Translations under genes and position numbers: made by a program
UHGV virus genome: UHGV-0219173
Reading direction: 5' to 3' (one strand)
Source: a virus
Length of the DNA: 48,431 nucleotides
In this document: positions 10,376 to 20,294 of the stretch, piece by piece
How positions within the stretch are numbered: position 1 is the stretch's first letter
How the letters are laid out: the number at the start of each line of letters is the position of its first letter
The notes under the pieces: model-generated
What the model was told of the DNA's origin: nothing
Database searches by the model: none
What the model saw: the letters and a program-made list of their open reading frames with translations, nothing else

Positions 10376-10891
10376 ATGTTTAAGACACATCTGGTCAATA
10401 GATTTAAGGTTTACAGGGGAGGAAAACAGCTTATCGGAATAGCTGGAGAACTGAACCTACCTAAAATTACGAACCTTGTGGAGAGCTTGGAAGGTGCCGG
10501 GGTAGGTGGAAAGATGGATGTTTCAGTCATTGGAATGATTGAAAATATGGAACTGGAATTGACATTTGACACAGTATGCGGGGATTTGTTTTCAGTCATA
10601 GACCCAACAGAATCAGAAAATATAACAATTAACGGGGCATTACAGGGGATGGACAGCGGAACAAGGAAAGCTGGATTTGTGGATTTGAGCGTAATAGTAG
10701 CGGGACAGACTAAAGAATTTAATCCAGGAACAGTAAAAGCCGGGGGAAAGATGGGAAGCAGCGTGACGATGACACTGGATTATTACAAGCTGATATTGGA
10801 TGGAAAGACGATGGTCGAGATTGACAGAATGGGGGACGTTTACACTATCAACGGTAAAGATGTCCTTAAGGAAGTCAGGGACATGTGTTAA
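10376..10891 (+). CDS. Tail tube protein
   Basis: 171 aa directly after the sheath gene (ATG overlaps its stop). Confidence 0.65.
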   Translation: MFKTHLVNRFKVYRGGKQLIGIAGELNLPKITNLVESLEGAGVGGKMDVSVIGMIENMELELTFDTVCGDLFSVIDPTESENITINGALQGMDSGTRKAGFVDLSVIVAGQTKEFNPGTVKAGGKMGSSVTMTLDYYKLILDGKTMVEIDRMGDVYTINGKDVLKEVRDMC

Positions 10892-10909
10892 TCATAGGAG
10901 GAAAGCAGG

Positions 10910-11257
10910 ATGGGTGATAAGACTCAAAATGAAACAAAAAAGGAAAGCTCAGAAGCAAAAAAAGATTGGAAAATAATCACGCTAAAGAAGCCGGTTGAAT
11001 ACCAGGGAATGGAAGTGAAGGAGATTGACCTTGGAAAACTGGAGGACCTTACGGCGCAGGACATGAACAACGCATACGATACATATTATGCGTTGGGAGG
11101 AAACCGGCAAATCATGCAGGAATCCACCTTGTTATTTGCACAAATCATGGCGGCACAGGTGACGGGATACCAGATAGAGGTATTTGAGAGAATGGGAGCA
11201 AAGGATGCAATGTGCCTTAAGAATCGAGTTTACCGTTTTTTCTTCCTAGAGGAATAA
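10910..11257 (+). CDS. Tail assembly chaperone (XkdN/gpG-like), zero-frame product
   Basis: 115 aa between tube and tape-measure genes; ends just after the slippery heptamer. Confidence 0.55.
   Translation: MGDKTQNETKKESSEAKKDWKIITLKKPVEYQGMEVKEIDLGKLEDLTAQDMNNAYDTYYALGGNRQIMQESTLLFAQIMAAQVTGYQIEVFERMGAKDAMCLKNRVYRFFFLEE
11236..11242 (+). promoter_or_regulatory. Programmed -1 ribosomal frameshift site T_TTT_TTC (X_XXY_YYZ in zero frame)
   Basis: Heptamer is in the zero frame of the chaperone gene (codons CGT TTT TTC). The -1 frame stays open for about 60 more codons, to a TGA TGA double stop at 11422-11427, giving a gpG/GT-type fusion product 10910..11424. Confidence 0.6.
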
Positions 11258-11463
11258 TGTGTCCAAATGATATCAGAGAATTAAATAAAGCAATTATAGC
11301 TGCGGGAAGGTACTCAAAGGCCGGACCGCAGTTTTATTTTGCCCTGCCATTAAGTCAGGCAACAAGATTGCTTAAAGACACTATGGAGCAGGCAAAAGAC
11401 GAATCCAGATTGAGGAAGAGGTGATGAGGGACGGCGGGAAAGGGAAAATACCAACTTGAAATA

Positions 11464-14400
11464 ATGATATCTGGAGAGACTGACCAATCCTTGAACGCGT
11501 CCATCAGAAAAGCCAGGAGCGAACTGGACAGCCTGGAACGAAAGGCCGGACTCTCTTCAAAAGCTATATCAGAATCATTCGGGGGAATGAGCGTTGAAGG
11601 AATTAACAAATTAGGGGACATATCAGACAAGGCATTCGGAGCCATTGTAAAGGGAAGTAAATTGGCGGCGGCCGGGATTGCAGGAATTGCTGCAGCGTCT
11701 ACATACGTGGGAATGGGTTTTGAGGAGCAAATGAGCACGGTAAAAGCCATTTCACAAGCATCGGACGCAGACATGGTGCAGCTTACGGAACTGGCGAAAA
11801 AGATGGGGGAAACCACCAAGTTTTCCGCAGAAGAGGCCGGTAAAGGGCTGGAATACATGGCAATGGCCGGATGGAAAACCAAGGATATGATAAGCGGCCT
11901 GCCAGGAATCATGAATCTAGCAGCGGCATCCGGGGAGGATTTGGGAAGTGTATCAGACATCGTTACTGATGCAATGACGGCCTTTGGTATGTCTGCCGAT
12001 GAATCAGCCAGATTTGCAGATGTCCTTGCTCAAGCATCCAGTAACTCAAATACAAACGTAGGCATGATGGGAGAGACATTTAAGTATGTCGCTCCTGTAG
12101 CCGGAGCATTTGGGTACACGGTAGAGGATGTTGCAGTAGCTACGGGATTAATGGCAAACGCAGGCATCAAAGCAGAAAAGGCCGGAACCGCAATGCGCAC
12201 CATGCTTACAAACCTTGCAAAGCCAACAAAACAAATGCAAGGATACATGGATAAGCTCTCTCTTTCATTGGTTGATGGAAAAAATAAAATGAAGCCGTTT
12301 GACCAGCAACTAAGGGAAATGCGGGCTAGTTTCTCAAAATTATCAGAGGCAGAGCGCGCTGAGTACGCAGCCGGAATAGCAGGTAAGGAAGGAATGTCCG
12401 GCCTGCTTGCAATTGTAAATGCATCAGACGAGGATTTTGAGAAACTGACAAAATCAATCGAAGGAAGTGCTGGAGCTGCTGAAAGAATGGCGGGAATGAG
12501 GCTGGACAACCTTAAGGGAGACTTAACCCTTCTTCTGAGTGCAACACAAGGGGCCGGAATTGAACTTTATGAAGGATTTTCTGGGGATATGCGGAATGCA
12601 ACACAGTATGTCATATCATGGGTTACGAGCTTTACTGACAGCTTAGAAGAAAACATCCCAACGGCCAGAAGAATCATGAAGCAATTAGGAAAGGAATTGG
12701 AGAACTTTTTTGGTCCTATTGTAGATATCGGAAAGTGGTTTGCAAAAAACCCCCAGGTGATTGCTGGGGGACTAACAGGAATATCCGCAGCGCTAATAAC
12801 ATTTAAAAGCGTCAAGGTTGCTAAAAGTGGAATAAAAATGCTTGCAACCATATCGAGCATGGCATCTGCATGGCCGGTAGCGGCAACGGGAGTGATGATA
12901 GGGGCCATTGTAGGAATTGGCGCAGCCATAGAAGAAGCAGAGAGACAGGCGGCAAAACAAAGCCTTGCAGACCATTTCGGAGACATAACCCTATCAATGA
13001 AGGAGCTGGAGGATGCCGCCAGACACAGCCTGGGGGAGGGAATATTTCAGAGCATAGACGAGATGGCGGATATAGGGGAAAAAACATCCAAGTTCCGCGA
13101 CTCTATGCAGGCAGAAATCCGGGAGATAAACAAAGCTGGGTGGAAGCTCTCACTGGGAATCGAATTTGACGAAGGGGAAACAGCGTCATATGTAACAGCG
13201 GTTGACCAATACGTTAAGGATGCACAGAACTATATCACCAGCCGGGGATATGAACTGAAATTAGCGATTGATATTGTCATGGGAGAGGACCAAAAGGGGT
13301 TATCAGAGGAAAGCGACGCTTTTTACCAATCGCTATATGGTCAACTGGAGCCATTACAGCAAGGGTTACAGGAGACATTGCAGGATATCACAGAAAACGG
13401 CCTTACGCTGGATAAAGATAAAATAGTACGGCAATATCTGAGTGACATATCAGACATAACTAGCATGATATCAGACGCTCAGAATGCGGCACAGCTTCAG
13501 ATGATACAGGGAGAGTTTTCGGGAACTGCACTAACACCGGAATCTTTCCAGAACTACCAGACCACTATAAACGAATATACAGAAAAAGCAATAGAGAACA
13601 TCGACAGCTCCTATGAGAAGATATTAACTTCCCTTAATGCGCAGCGTATCGCAGGCGAGAAAGGGATGGAGGGAGGTATATCACAGGAAGAATTTGATTC
13701 CCAATCGGAGGCCGCAGCACAGGCGCATTATGCCAGGAAAGCACAGGCGGTAAAAGATGGATACCAATTGATGCGAGACGCAATCATGGAAGCCTATGGG
13801 GATGATATAGGACCGGCCCTGGAGGATATGGACCAGTCAATCAGCCGAAGCCTTGAAGAATTTAAGAACATCGGATATGGCACCCCTGAGGAATGGATGA
13901 ACACCATGGACAGGGCTATGACGGATGCTGCAAACGCGAGTGATATCAGCGCGGGCGGAAAGAAAGCCATAGATATGCTGCTTAAAGGGATGGAGCCGAA
14001 TCAGGAGCAAATGGCAGCACTGGTGGAGCAGTATAAAAAGGCCGGGGGAGACATGGCAGACGCCCAAATGAAGGGAATCAGCGAGGCCATGGATGAAGTG
14101 GTATCCCTAAAAGGCGTGACGGGGAAAAAGGATTCCATTGGGGCAATGATTGCAAGGGAAGCTGCAAAAGACACGACGATGGCAACGGCCTTGATGGCAT
14201 CAAACAATGCAGGGGCTGCATATGCAAATTCCGTCATTGCAGAAATACAAAGGAAATGTCCAGAGGCGGAACAGGAGGCCAGGGATTTTCTGAATGCAGT
14301 CAGGAAAGAGTTTGAGAATGGGATGGACCCGATTACGGTCAGCATACCGGTCACGGTTGATATGGTGGAAACCTATAAAAAATCGGCAAATCCATACCGG

Positions 14401-14781
14401 CCACATGACATCCCGAAGCATGGAGACGGCGGCATATTTAATACCAGACACATTGCGGAGGTAGCAGAGGAGGGGCCTGAGTCAATTATACCCATAGACC
14501 AATCACCCCACGCAATCGAGCTATGGCGGGAAACGGGGAAACTTCTGGGCGCTTACGAAGAAAATAATTACGGCAAGATGTACGAGGGTATCATGAGGAG
14601 CGGTGGAATAACAACGGACAGTCGCACAAGCTCATTCTCGCCCACATTCAGTCCGGTTATATATGTAGAGGGTGGCCCAGATGTCAGGGAGCAGGTCATG
14701 AGCGGCTTGGAAAATGGTTTTGAATGGTTTAAACAAATGATGGAGAAATATGAATATGAGCGGTTTAGGGCTGAGTATTAG
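11464..14781 (+). CDS. Tail tape measure protein (TP901-type N-terminal domain)
   Basis: 1105 aa; the long N-terminal region MQLTELAKKMGETTKFSAEEAGKGLEYMAMAGW...GLPGIMNLAAASGEDLGSVSDIVTDAMTAFGM (TP901-type, see call) and a long alpha-helical body. Confidence 0.85.
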   Translation: MISGETDQSLNASIRKARSELDSLERKAGLSSKAISESFGGMSVEGINKLGDISDKAFGAIVKGSKLAAAGIAGIAAASTYVGMGFEEQMSTVKAISQASDADMVQLTELAKKMGETTKFSAEEAGKGLEYMAMAGWKTKDMISGLPGIMNLAAASGEDLGSVSDIVTDAMTAFGMSADESARFADVLAQASSNSNTNVGMMGETFKYVAPVAGAFGYTVEDVAVATGLMANAGIKAEKAGTAMRTMLTNLAKPTKQMQGYMDKLSLSLVDGKNKMKPFDQQLREMRASFSKLSEAERAEYAAGIAGKEGMSGLLAIVNASDEDFEKLTKSIEGSAGAAERMAGMRLDNLKGDLTLLLSATQGAGIELYEGFSGDMRNATQYVISWVTSFTDSLEENIPTARRIMKQLGKELENFFGPIVDIGKWFAKNPQVIAGGLTGISAALITFKSVKVAKSGIKMLATISSMASAWPVAATGVMIGAIVGIGAAIEEAERQAAKQSLADHFGDITLSMKELEDAARHSLGEGIFQSIDEMADIGEKTSKFRDSMQAEIREINKAGWKLSLGIEFDEGETASYVTAVDQYVKDAQNYITSRGYELKLAIDIVMGEDQKGLSEESDAFYQSLYGQLEPLQQGLQETLQDITENGLTLDKDKIVRQYLSDISDITSMISDAQNAAQLQMIQGEFSGTALTPESFQNYQTTINEYTEKAIENIDSSYEKILTSLNAQRIAGEKGMEGGISQEEFDSQSEAAAQAHYARKAQAVKDGYQLMRDAIMEAYGDDIGPALEDMDQSISRSLEEFKNIGYGTPEEWMNTMDRAMTDAANASDISAGGKKAIDMLLKGMEPNQEQMAALVEQYKKAGGDMADAQMKGISEAMDEVVSLKGVTGKKDSIGAMIAREAAKDTTMATALMASNNAGAAYANSVIAEIQRKCPEAEQEARDFLNAVRKEFENGMDPITVSIPVTVDMVETYKKSANPYRPHDIPKHGDGGIFNTRHIAEVAEEGPESIIPIDQSPHAIELWRETGKLLGAYEENNYGKMYEGIMRSGGITTDSRTSSFSPTFSPVIYVEGGPDVREQVMSGLENGFEWFKQMMEKYEYERFRAEY

Positions 14782-14789
14782 GAGGGCAT

Positions 14790-15005
14790 ATGGCGGAAAC
14801 GTATAAGACAATCCAGGGAGATACCTGGGATATGATATCAAAAAAGGTATACGGGGCCGAGAAACATATGGATTTTCTCATGGAAAACAACCTTCCACTC
14901 CTTGACACTTTCATATTCCCTGCTGGAGTATGTGTAAACACGCCGAAACTGCCGGAAGCTGAAACAGCCGAGCTTCCGGCTTGGAGAACAGGAGGGGTTA
15001 CGTGA
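14790..15005 (+). CDS. LysM-domain tail protein (tail protein X / XkdP-like)
   Basis: 71 aa with LysM-like YKTIQGDTWDMISKKVYG. Confidence 0.55.
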   Translation: MAETYKTIQGDTWDMISKKVYGAEKHMDFLMENNLPLLDTFIFPAGVCVNTPKLPEAETAELPAWRTGGVT

Positions 15006-16237
15006 GCAGCCCAAGAAGAAGGACAGTAAAGATTGTATATAACGGGGTTGATGCACAAAGCGAGATATCAAAATATCTTGAAAAGTTTACATATGAGGAT
15101 TCGACGGATAAATCAGATACGATATCACTTTCCGTAGCAGATAGGGACCTTAAATGGAGAGAGGCATGGATACCAGAAAAGGGGGACACAATTCTTCCGT
15201 CAATCATATATGAGAATTGGAACTATGAGGGGGAGAAAATAACGGTCATATGTGGGAGCTTTATGGTGGACGATTTTGAATTTTCAGGCCCGCCATTTCG
15301 CGGAAGCATAAACGGGGTTTCAAGCCCTGCAAATACTGACTTCAAAGAAACGGAAAACTCTAAGACATGGGAAGCCGCAACCGTACAGCTCATTGCGGGG
15401 GAGATAGCCGGGAAATATGGTATGTCATTAGTCTATGAGGCTGGGGACATTCCGGTCGCGAAAACCGAACAGAACAAGCAAACAGACAGTAAATTTCTTA
15501 AGGGGATATGCGACAAGTACGGACTGGGGTTAAAAGTATACTCTAACCGCTTAGTCGTATGGGATTACAGGCAGTATTTTGCAAAACCGGTGGTCGCAAC
15601 CATAACTCCGAGCATGTTGTCAAGATATGCTTATAAAAGTACCATGAGAGGGACATATACGGGTGCAAAAGTAAGCTATACAAACCCAAAAACAAAGAAA
15701 ACGATTGAGATAATGGTGGGACAGGAGGGACGGATATATAAGTCAAACCAGAAAGCAGACAGCGAGGCCGATGCAAGACTGATTGGAGAAAACGCAATCC
15801 TTATGGCAAACCGAAAGGAAACCACCATGCAGCTTATCTTTAAAACCAGGATTGCTGTATATGCAACTCAGACCGTGCAATTATCTGGATTCGGAAAGGC
15901 AGATGGAAAATACTTTGTGGAAGGGGTATCGCACTCCATAGCCCCAAAGAATGGCGATATGCAGGTGAGATTAAGCAAGATACCAGATGCAGCGACACAG
16001 GATACTGGGGAGGATGCAAGGACGGACGCGGGAGCGGCAAAAGGAGAAATATATACTGTAAAGAAGCACGACACGCTATGGGACATCGCCAGAAACAGAT
16101 ATAAGGACGGTTCAAAGTCAGCCGTGATTTATACAGCGAATAAGGAGACTATCGAGGATGCGGCACGAAAACATGGGAAGAAGGATTCGGGAAACGGATA
16201 CTGGATATTCGAGGGGACCACGCTGGTTCTTCCGTAG
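14981..16237 (+). CDS. Tail protein D-like (late control D family) with C-terminal LysM-like segment
   Basis: 418 aa following tail protein X; C-terminal YTVKKHDTLWDIARNRY LysM motif. Confidence 0.55.
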   Translation: MENRRGYVSSPRRRTVKIVYNGVDAQSEISKYLEKFTYEDSTDKSDTISLSVADRDLKWREAWIPEKGDTILPSIIYENWNYEGEKITVICGSFMVDDFEFSGPPFRGSINGVSSPANTDFKETENSKTWEAATVQLIAGEIAGKYGMSLVYEAGDIPVAKTEQNKQTDSKFLKGICDKYGLGLKVYSNRLVVWDYRQYFAKPVVATITPSMLSRYAYKSTMRGTYTGAKVSYTNPKTKKTIEIMVGQEGRIYKSNQKADSEADARLIGENAILMANRKETTMQLIFKTRIAVYATQTVQLSGFGKADGKYFVEGVSHSIAPKNGDMQVRLSKIPDAATQDTGEDARTDAGAAKGEIYTVKKHDTLWDIARNRYKDGSKSAVIYTANKETIEDAARKHGKKDSGNGYWIFEGTTLVLP

Positions 16238-16245
16238 AGGAGGGG

Positions 16246-16656
16246 ATGGGATTGGATATATCAAGGATAGGAAATATATCCACACTTGATTTAGAGAAAG
16301 GGACCGCAAAGGTGCATTATGCGGATACAGGAAACACCACGTCGGACATGCCCTTATTCCGGTTCGGTGATGAATTCAACCCGCCGAATGTGGGGGACCA
16401 AGTAATCGTTATACATCTATCAAATGATTCCAGTTCCGGTGTTATCCTGGGAAAATTTTGGGATGAGACGGAGCCGCCCAAAATAAAGCAGGGATATAGA
16501 AAAGGATTTGGGGAAGGGGCTTATGAAACCGCACAGACGGGAGTGTATACGTTACATGCGGATGAAATCATATTGGAAGGAAAAAGCGGCAGCATGACGC
16601 TATCGCAAATTATAGAGCTGGAGAAAAGGGTTACAGACCTTGAAGGGAGGGGTTGA
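16246..16656 (+). CDS. Baseplate spike/hub protein, gpV-like OB-fold
   Basis: 136 aa; VGDQVIVIHLSNDSSSGVILG motif typical of gpV/gp5 N-terminal domain. Confidence 0.5.
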   Translation: MGLDISRIGNISTLDLEKGTAKVHYADTGNTTSDMPLFRFGDEFNPPNVGDQVIVIHLSNDSSSGVILGKFWDETEPPKIKQGYRKGFGEGAYETAQTGVYTLHADEIILEGKSGSMTLSQIIELEKRVTDLEGRG

Positions 16657-17048
16657 TTTTGATTGGGCTGCTGGGAAGTCTTAGGTTTCGAGTGAATCGG
16701 AAGCAAGTACTGACCTTTAATAATTTTAAACGGGATGTTTCGGCTACTTGGAACACCATAGACAGGATTGGAATGAAACCACTCACTGAATTCGGCGGAG
16801 CACAATTACAAAAGGTAACACTTGAAATTACCCTGGATGCATCCTTGGGAGTTAAACCACGTAAACTGATATCTGCCATTGACAACATGATTGAGACAGG
16901 CGAGGTAAATGAACTGATTATTGGCAAAAAAGTAGTAGGCAAAAATAAATGGGTTATTACAAAGACATCACAGGAATGGAATGTGATACTAAGGGGTGGA
17001 GAACTGTATCGAGCCACGTTAAATGTATCATTGCAGGAATATGTGTGA
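16653..17048 (+). CDS. Hypothetical baseplate protein
   Basis: TTG start with RBS GGGAGGGG, within baseplate cluster. Confidence 0.35.
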   Translation: MILIGLLGSLRFRVNRKQVLTFNNFKRDVSATWNTIDRIGMKPLTEFGGAQLQKVTLEITLDASLGVKPRKLISAIDNMIETGEVNELIIGKKVVGKNKWVITKTSQEWNVILRGGELYRATLNVSLQEYV

Positions 17049-17057
17049 GGTGATTGA

Positions 17058-17363
17058 ATGGATGGACAGGATTATGTGCTGACAATAAAAGGCTCCCCAC
17101 ATGCTGAAAAAATAAGGCGGAGCCTGACAACTCTATTTGATACGAGGGAATCAAGCCAACCAGGGGATCGTGATTTTGGGCTATCATGGCAATGCCTAGA
17201 CGAACCGCCAGAAGTGGCAGAAAGCATGATGGCTATGGAAATTATCAGAAAAGTGGAACGGTATGAGCCAGAGGCAGAAGTTGAGGACATCACCTATGAA
17301 TATACAGATGGAAAAATGGTTCCTCACATATTGATTACGGGAAAAGAGGGACAAAATGAGTGA
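17058..17363 (+). CDS. Baseplate wedge protein gpW/gp25-like
   Basis: 101 aa preceding the baseplate J gene. Confidence 0.5.
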   Translation: MDGQDYVLTIKGSPHAEKIRRSLTTLFDTRESSQPGDRDFGLSWQCLDEPPEVAESMMAMEIIRKVERYEPEAEVEDITYEYTDGKMVPHILITGKEGQNE

Positions 17364-18519
17364 CATCATGAAACGCCTTGAAAATTACCCAGATGTGAGC
17401 TTTATAGACAATACAAGTTACCAGGGACTCCAGGACCAAATGATTAACGATTATGAAAGAAAACTGAGGGAGATAACCGGAATAGAAAGTAAACTTGCGC
17501 AGACAGATCCATACAGGCTGATTCTTTATTCCTGCGCCATGGCAATCTATCAGGGATACCAATACGATGACAGGGCGGCCAAGATGGGATTATTAAAATA
17601 CAGCACAGGTAACTATTTGGATAATATTGCCGCATTTAAAGGTGTAGTCCGAAATGAAGCATCAACGGCCAAAACGAAAATCCGCTTTACCCTATCGACA
17701 ATATTAAATAAAGCGGCAGAGATACCGGCAGGAACAAGAATAAAAGGGATGGACATATATTTTGAGACAACAGAAAAGGGAATCATCCAGCCAGGAAAAG
17801 AGAGTATAGACATCCAGGCACAGTGCCAGGAACCGGGGACGATTGGGAATGGATATGCACCGGGGAGCATAAAGACGCTGGTTGATTTGCTCCCGTATAC
17901 TTTAAAGGTGGAAAACATCACAGAGTCAAGTGGAGGTATGGACCGTGAAACGGATAACGAATTAGCAGAAAGAGTTTATCTGGCTCCGTCTAAGTACAGC
18001 ACAGCAGGAACAGAAGGAGCCTATGAGTATTGGATAAAGTCATTTGATGAAAAGCCAAGCGAGTTAAGGGTTATTTCAGAAGCTCCTGGGGAAGTGGATA
18101 TTTATGTAATGTCTCCGGGTGGGGATATGCCGGACGATGGATATTTGCAAAGACTGGAAGCCTACATAAGGCAAGATACCATAAGGCCACTAACAGACAA
18201 TGTGATCGTGAAGAAACCGGAGGCCGTGCCATACGAAATCGTATTCAAATATTATATCAGTGAAGAGAATGAGGATATTGAAGAAACCATCAAAAAGAAG
18301 GTGCAGGATGTATGTGACAATTATGGTAAATCTCAGAGAAAGATAGGAAAGGACATTGATCCATCAGAGATTATCGGATTGTTATATGGAGCAGGCGCTA
18401 CTAAAATCACGCTTTTAAGTCCTCAATACACAGAAGTGGAAAATTCTCAGGTAGCCATTTTGAATAAATTGGAAATTGAATACAAAGGAATCAAAGGAAG
18501 GGGAAGAGACGGGGCATGA
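17356..18519 (+). CDS. Baseplate J-like protein
   Basis: 387 aa, gene order and size. Confidence 0.65.
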   Translation: MSDIMKRLENYPDVSFIDNTSYQGLQDQMINDYERKLREITGIESKLAQTDPYRLILYSCAMAIYQGYQYDDRAAKMGLLKYSTGNYLDNIAAFKGVVRNEASTAKTKIRFTLSTILNKAAEIPAGTRIKGMDIYFETTEKGIIQPGKESIDIQAQCQEPGTIGNGYAPGSIKTLVDLLPYTLKVENITESSGGMDRETDNELAERVYLAPSKYSTAGTEGAYEYWIKSFDEKPSELRVISEAPGEVDIYVMSPGGDMPDDGYLQRLEAYIRQDTIRPLTDNVIVKKPEAVPYEIVFKYYISEENEDIEETIKKKVQDVCDNYGKSQRKIGKDIDPSEIIGLLYGAGATKITLLSPQYTEVENSQVAILNKLEIEYKGIKGRGRDGA

Positions 18520-19457
18520 TTAAACTGCATGATGGCGAAATAAAGGACATAATGCCAGTAAACCTCATAACCCCGGAAGTCCAGGCTCTCAGTTATTCAG
18601 TGGGGCGGGCCATGAAGAAAATGCTGGGGTTTTCGGCCGCTGCACATCTATTTGCCAACCTGGGGAGTGTACCAGAAACAGCATTGGACCTTATAGCAGT
18701 GGAACTAAACACACAGTACTATATGCAGACGCTCCCCAGAAAGACAAAGGAGGCGCTAATAAGCCAAACTCTGCAATGGTATATGCATGGAGGCACACCT
18801 TCAGTACTTGAACAGTTTTTGTCTACGATATTGGATGGGGGCAGAATTGACGAATGGTACAAATACGAAGGAGCCCCTTACTACTTTAGGGCCTTTGTTT
18901 ATGTAGGGGAACACGAAACAACATTGGGGTACGGGACAGAGGTAAAACGTCAAATCGAAAAGTATAAGAACGTGAGGTCATGGATTGAATGGGTGGCGTT
19001 TGTTATTGCATCTAAATTTGATGTTAATGTGAGATATGCAAATATTATACGATTCCAGAATATTTTCCATCCAAGAAAAAATATTGCATATCTTAAATTG
19101 GATGGAAAGTGGAAACTGAATGGAAAAAAATATTTAAGCGGATACGATGATGAACTGAAGGTGGATTTTTACCCAGTAAAATTACAATGTACTACCTACA
19201 CGGATATCAAAACAGAACGCATGGAAGGTGTGCGAATACGGATTGAGGTGAAAAAAAATCCGTGGCCGGATGCAGAGGTAAGATATCAGACTGAAACTGA
19301 AAACAATACGACTATTGAGGGACAAATAACGTTATCGTCCTATATACAGGAATTTGTGTCACCTGGGGAAATAGGAGTAACCAACGTCAACAAATTGGAT
19401 AAAACATGGACATTGAACGGAACCCGCAGACTAAATGGAGGATACTGTAACGTATAA
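18516..19457 (+). CDS. Tail protein I-like (P2 gpI / XkdU-like)
   Basis: 313 aa after baseplate J, overlapping start. Confidence 0.5.
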   Translation: MIKLHDGEIKDIMPVNLITPEVQALSYSVGRAMKKMLGFSAAAHLFANLGSVPETALDLIAVELNTQYYMQTLPRKTKEALISQTLQWYMHGGTPSVLEQFLSTILDGGRIDEWYKYEGAPYYFRAFVYVGEHETTLGYGTEVKRQIEKYKNVRSWIEWVAFVIASKFDVNVRYANIIRFQNIFHPRKNIAYLKLDGKWKLNGKKYLSGYDDELKVDFYPVKLQCTTYTDIKTERMEGVRIRIEVKKNPWPDAEVRYQTETENNTTIEGQITLSSYIQEFVSPGEIGVTNVNKLDKTWTLNGTRRLNGGYCNV

Positions 19458-19469
19458 GGAGGAAAAGAT

Positions 19470-19862
19470 ATGGCAGCAGCTAAAGGAGTAATAACCGTTG
19501 TGGGAAGAAGAAAATTATGCAAAGCTCATGCCGGGGATTTAACATTGCCCAAAATCACACAAATGGCCTGGGGAGACGGAGGTGTGCTGGAAGATGGAAC
19601 ACCAAAACAGACGACAGGGGAAGAAACAGGACTACACAATCTTTTGTTGAAAAAGGATATTGAAGCACATACATATGTGGACGATGCCCAGACCACATGT
19701 AGGTACACGGCCACTCTGGAGGCAGAGGAACTAACAGGAAAAGAAATATCAGAAATGGGATTGTATGACGAAGAAGGGGATTTGATAGCATACAGGACAT
19801 TTTTGAGAAAGGGAAAAGATGCAGATATCCCACAGATTTATGATATGGACGAAATCTTTTAG
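19470..19862 (+). CDS. Tail-fibre N-terminal/tail-collar-like protein
   Basis: 130 aa, strong RBS AAGGAGG. Confidence 0.4.
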   Translation: MAAAKGVITVVGRRKLCKAHAGDLTLPKITQMAWGDGGVLEDGTPKQTTGEETGLHNLLLKKDIEAHTYVDDAQTTCRYTATLEAEELTGKEISEMGLYDEEGDLIAYRTFLRKGKDADIPQIYDMDEIF

Positions 19863-19865
19863 GAG

Positions 19866-20288
19866 GTGGATAAGATGGGATTTTGCGAAATTAAGGACCC
19901 GCCAGAGTTTAAAACCCAAGTTGAAAAGTGGGACAGAGACACGATGGCAGACGGGGAGCAGATGGGTGTTGTTATTGAGGAAATTTTTAATAATACAGTG
20001 CATAACTATAAAGCCATGAGAAAAAAGGCCACGGTTACACTCTTAGCGTCCGGTTGGAGCACTGCGGCCCCATATACCCAGACTGTGCCGATAGAGGGGC
20101 TGACAACGGAGGACAACCCCATACTGGTAAAGGTGATTGCAGATGAGGCAACGCCGGAACAGGTGAAAGCGTATAACAAGGCATTTGGAATGATTGACGA
20201 TGGGGACACGGCAGATGGGCAGGCAACATTTAAATGCTACAATAAGAAACCCACGATTGACCTAACCGTGGGCTTGAAAGGAGTGTAA
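19866..20288 (+). CDS. Hypothetical tail protein
   Basis: RBS AGGAGGTGG; within fibre cluster. Confidence 0.35.
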   Translation: MDKMGFCEIKDPPEFKTQVEKWDRDTMADGEQMGVVIEEIFNNTVHNYKAMRKKATVTLLASGWSTAAPYTQTVPIEGLTTEDNPILVKVIADEATPEQVKAYNKAFGMIDDGDTADGQATFKCYNKKPTIDLTVGLKGV

Positions 20289-20294
20289 AGACAA

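Noticed and set aside
11355-12986. Several minus-strand ORFs (11355-11960, 12030-12509, 12567-12986) antisense to the tape-measure gene
   Set aside because: They are embedded antisense in a long, clearly coding plus-strand gene. They are Ala/Ser/Pro-rich shadow ORFs without RBSs.
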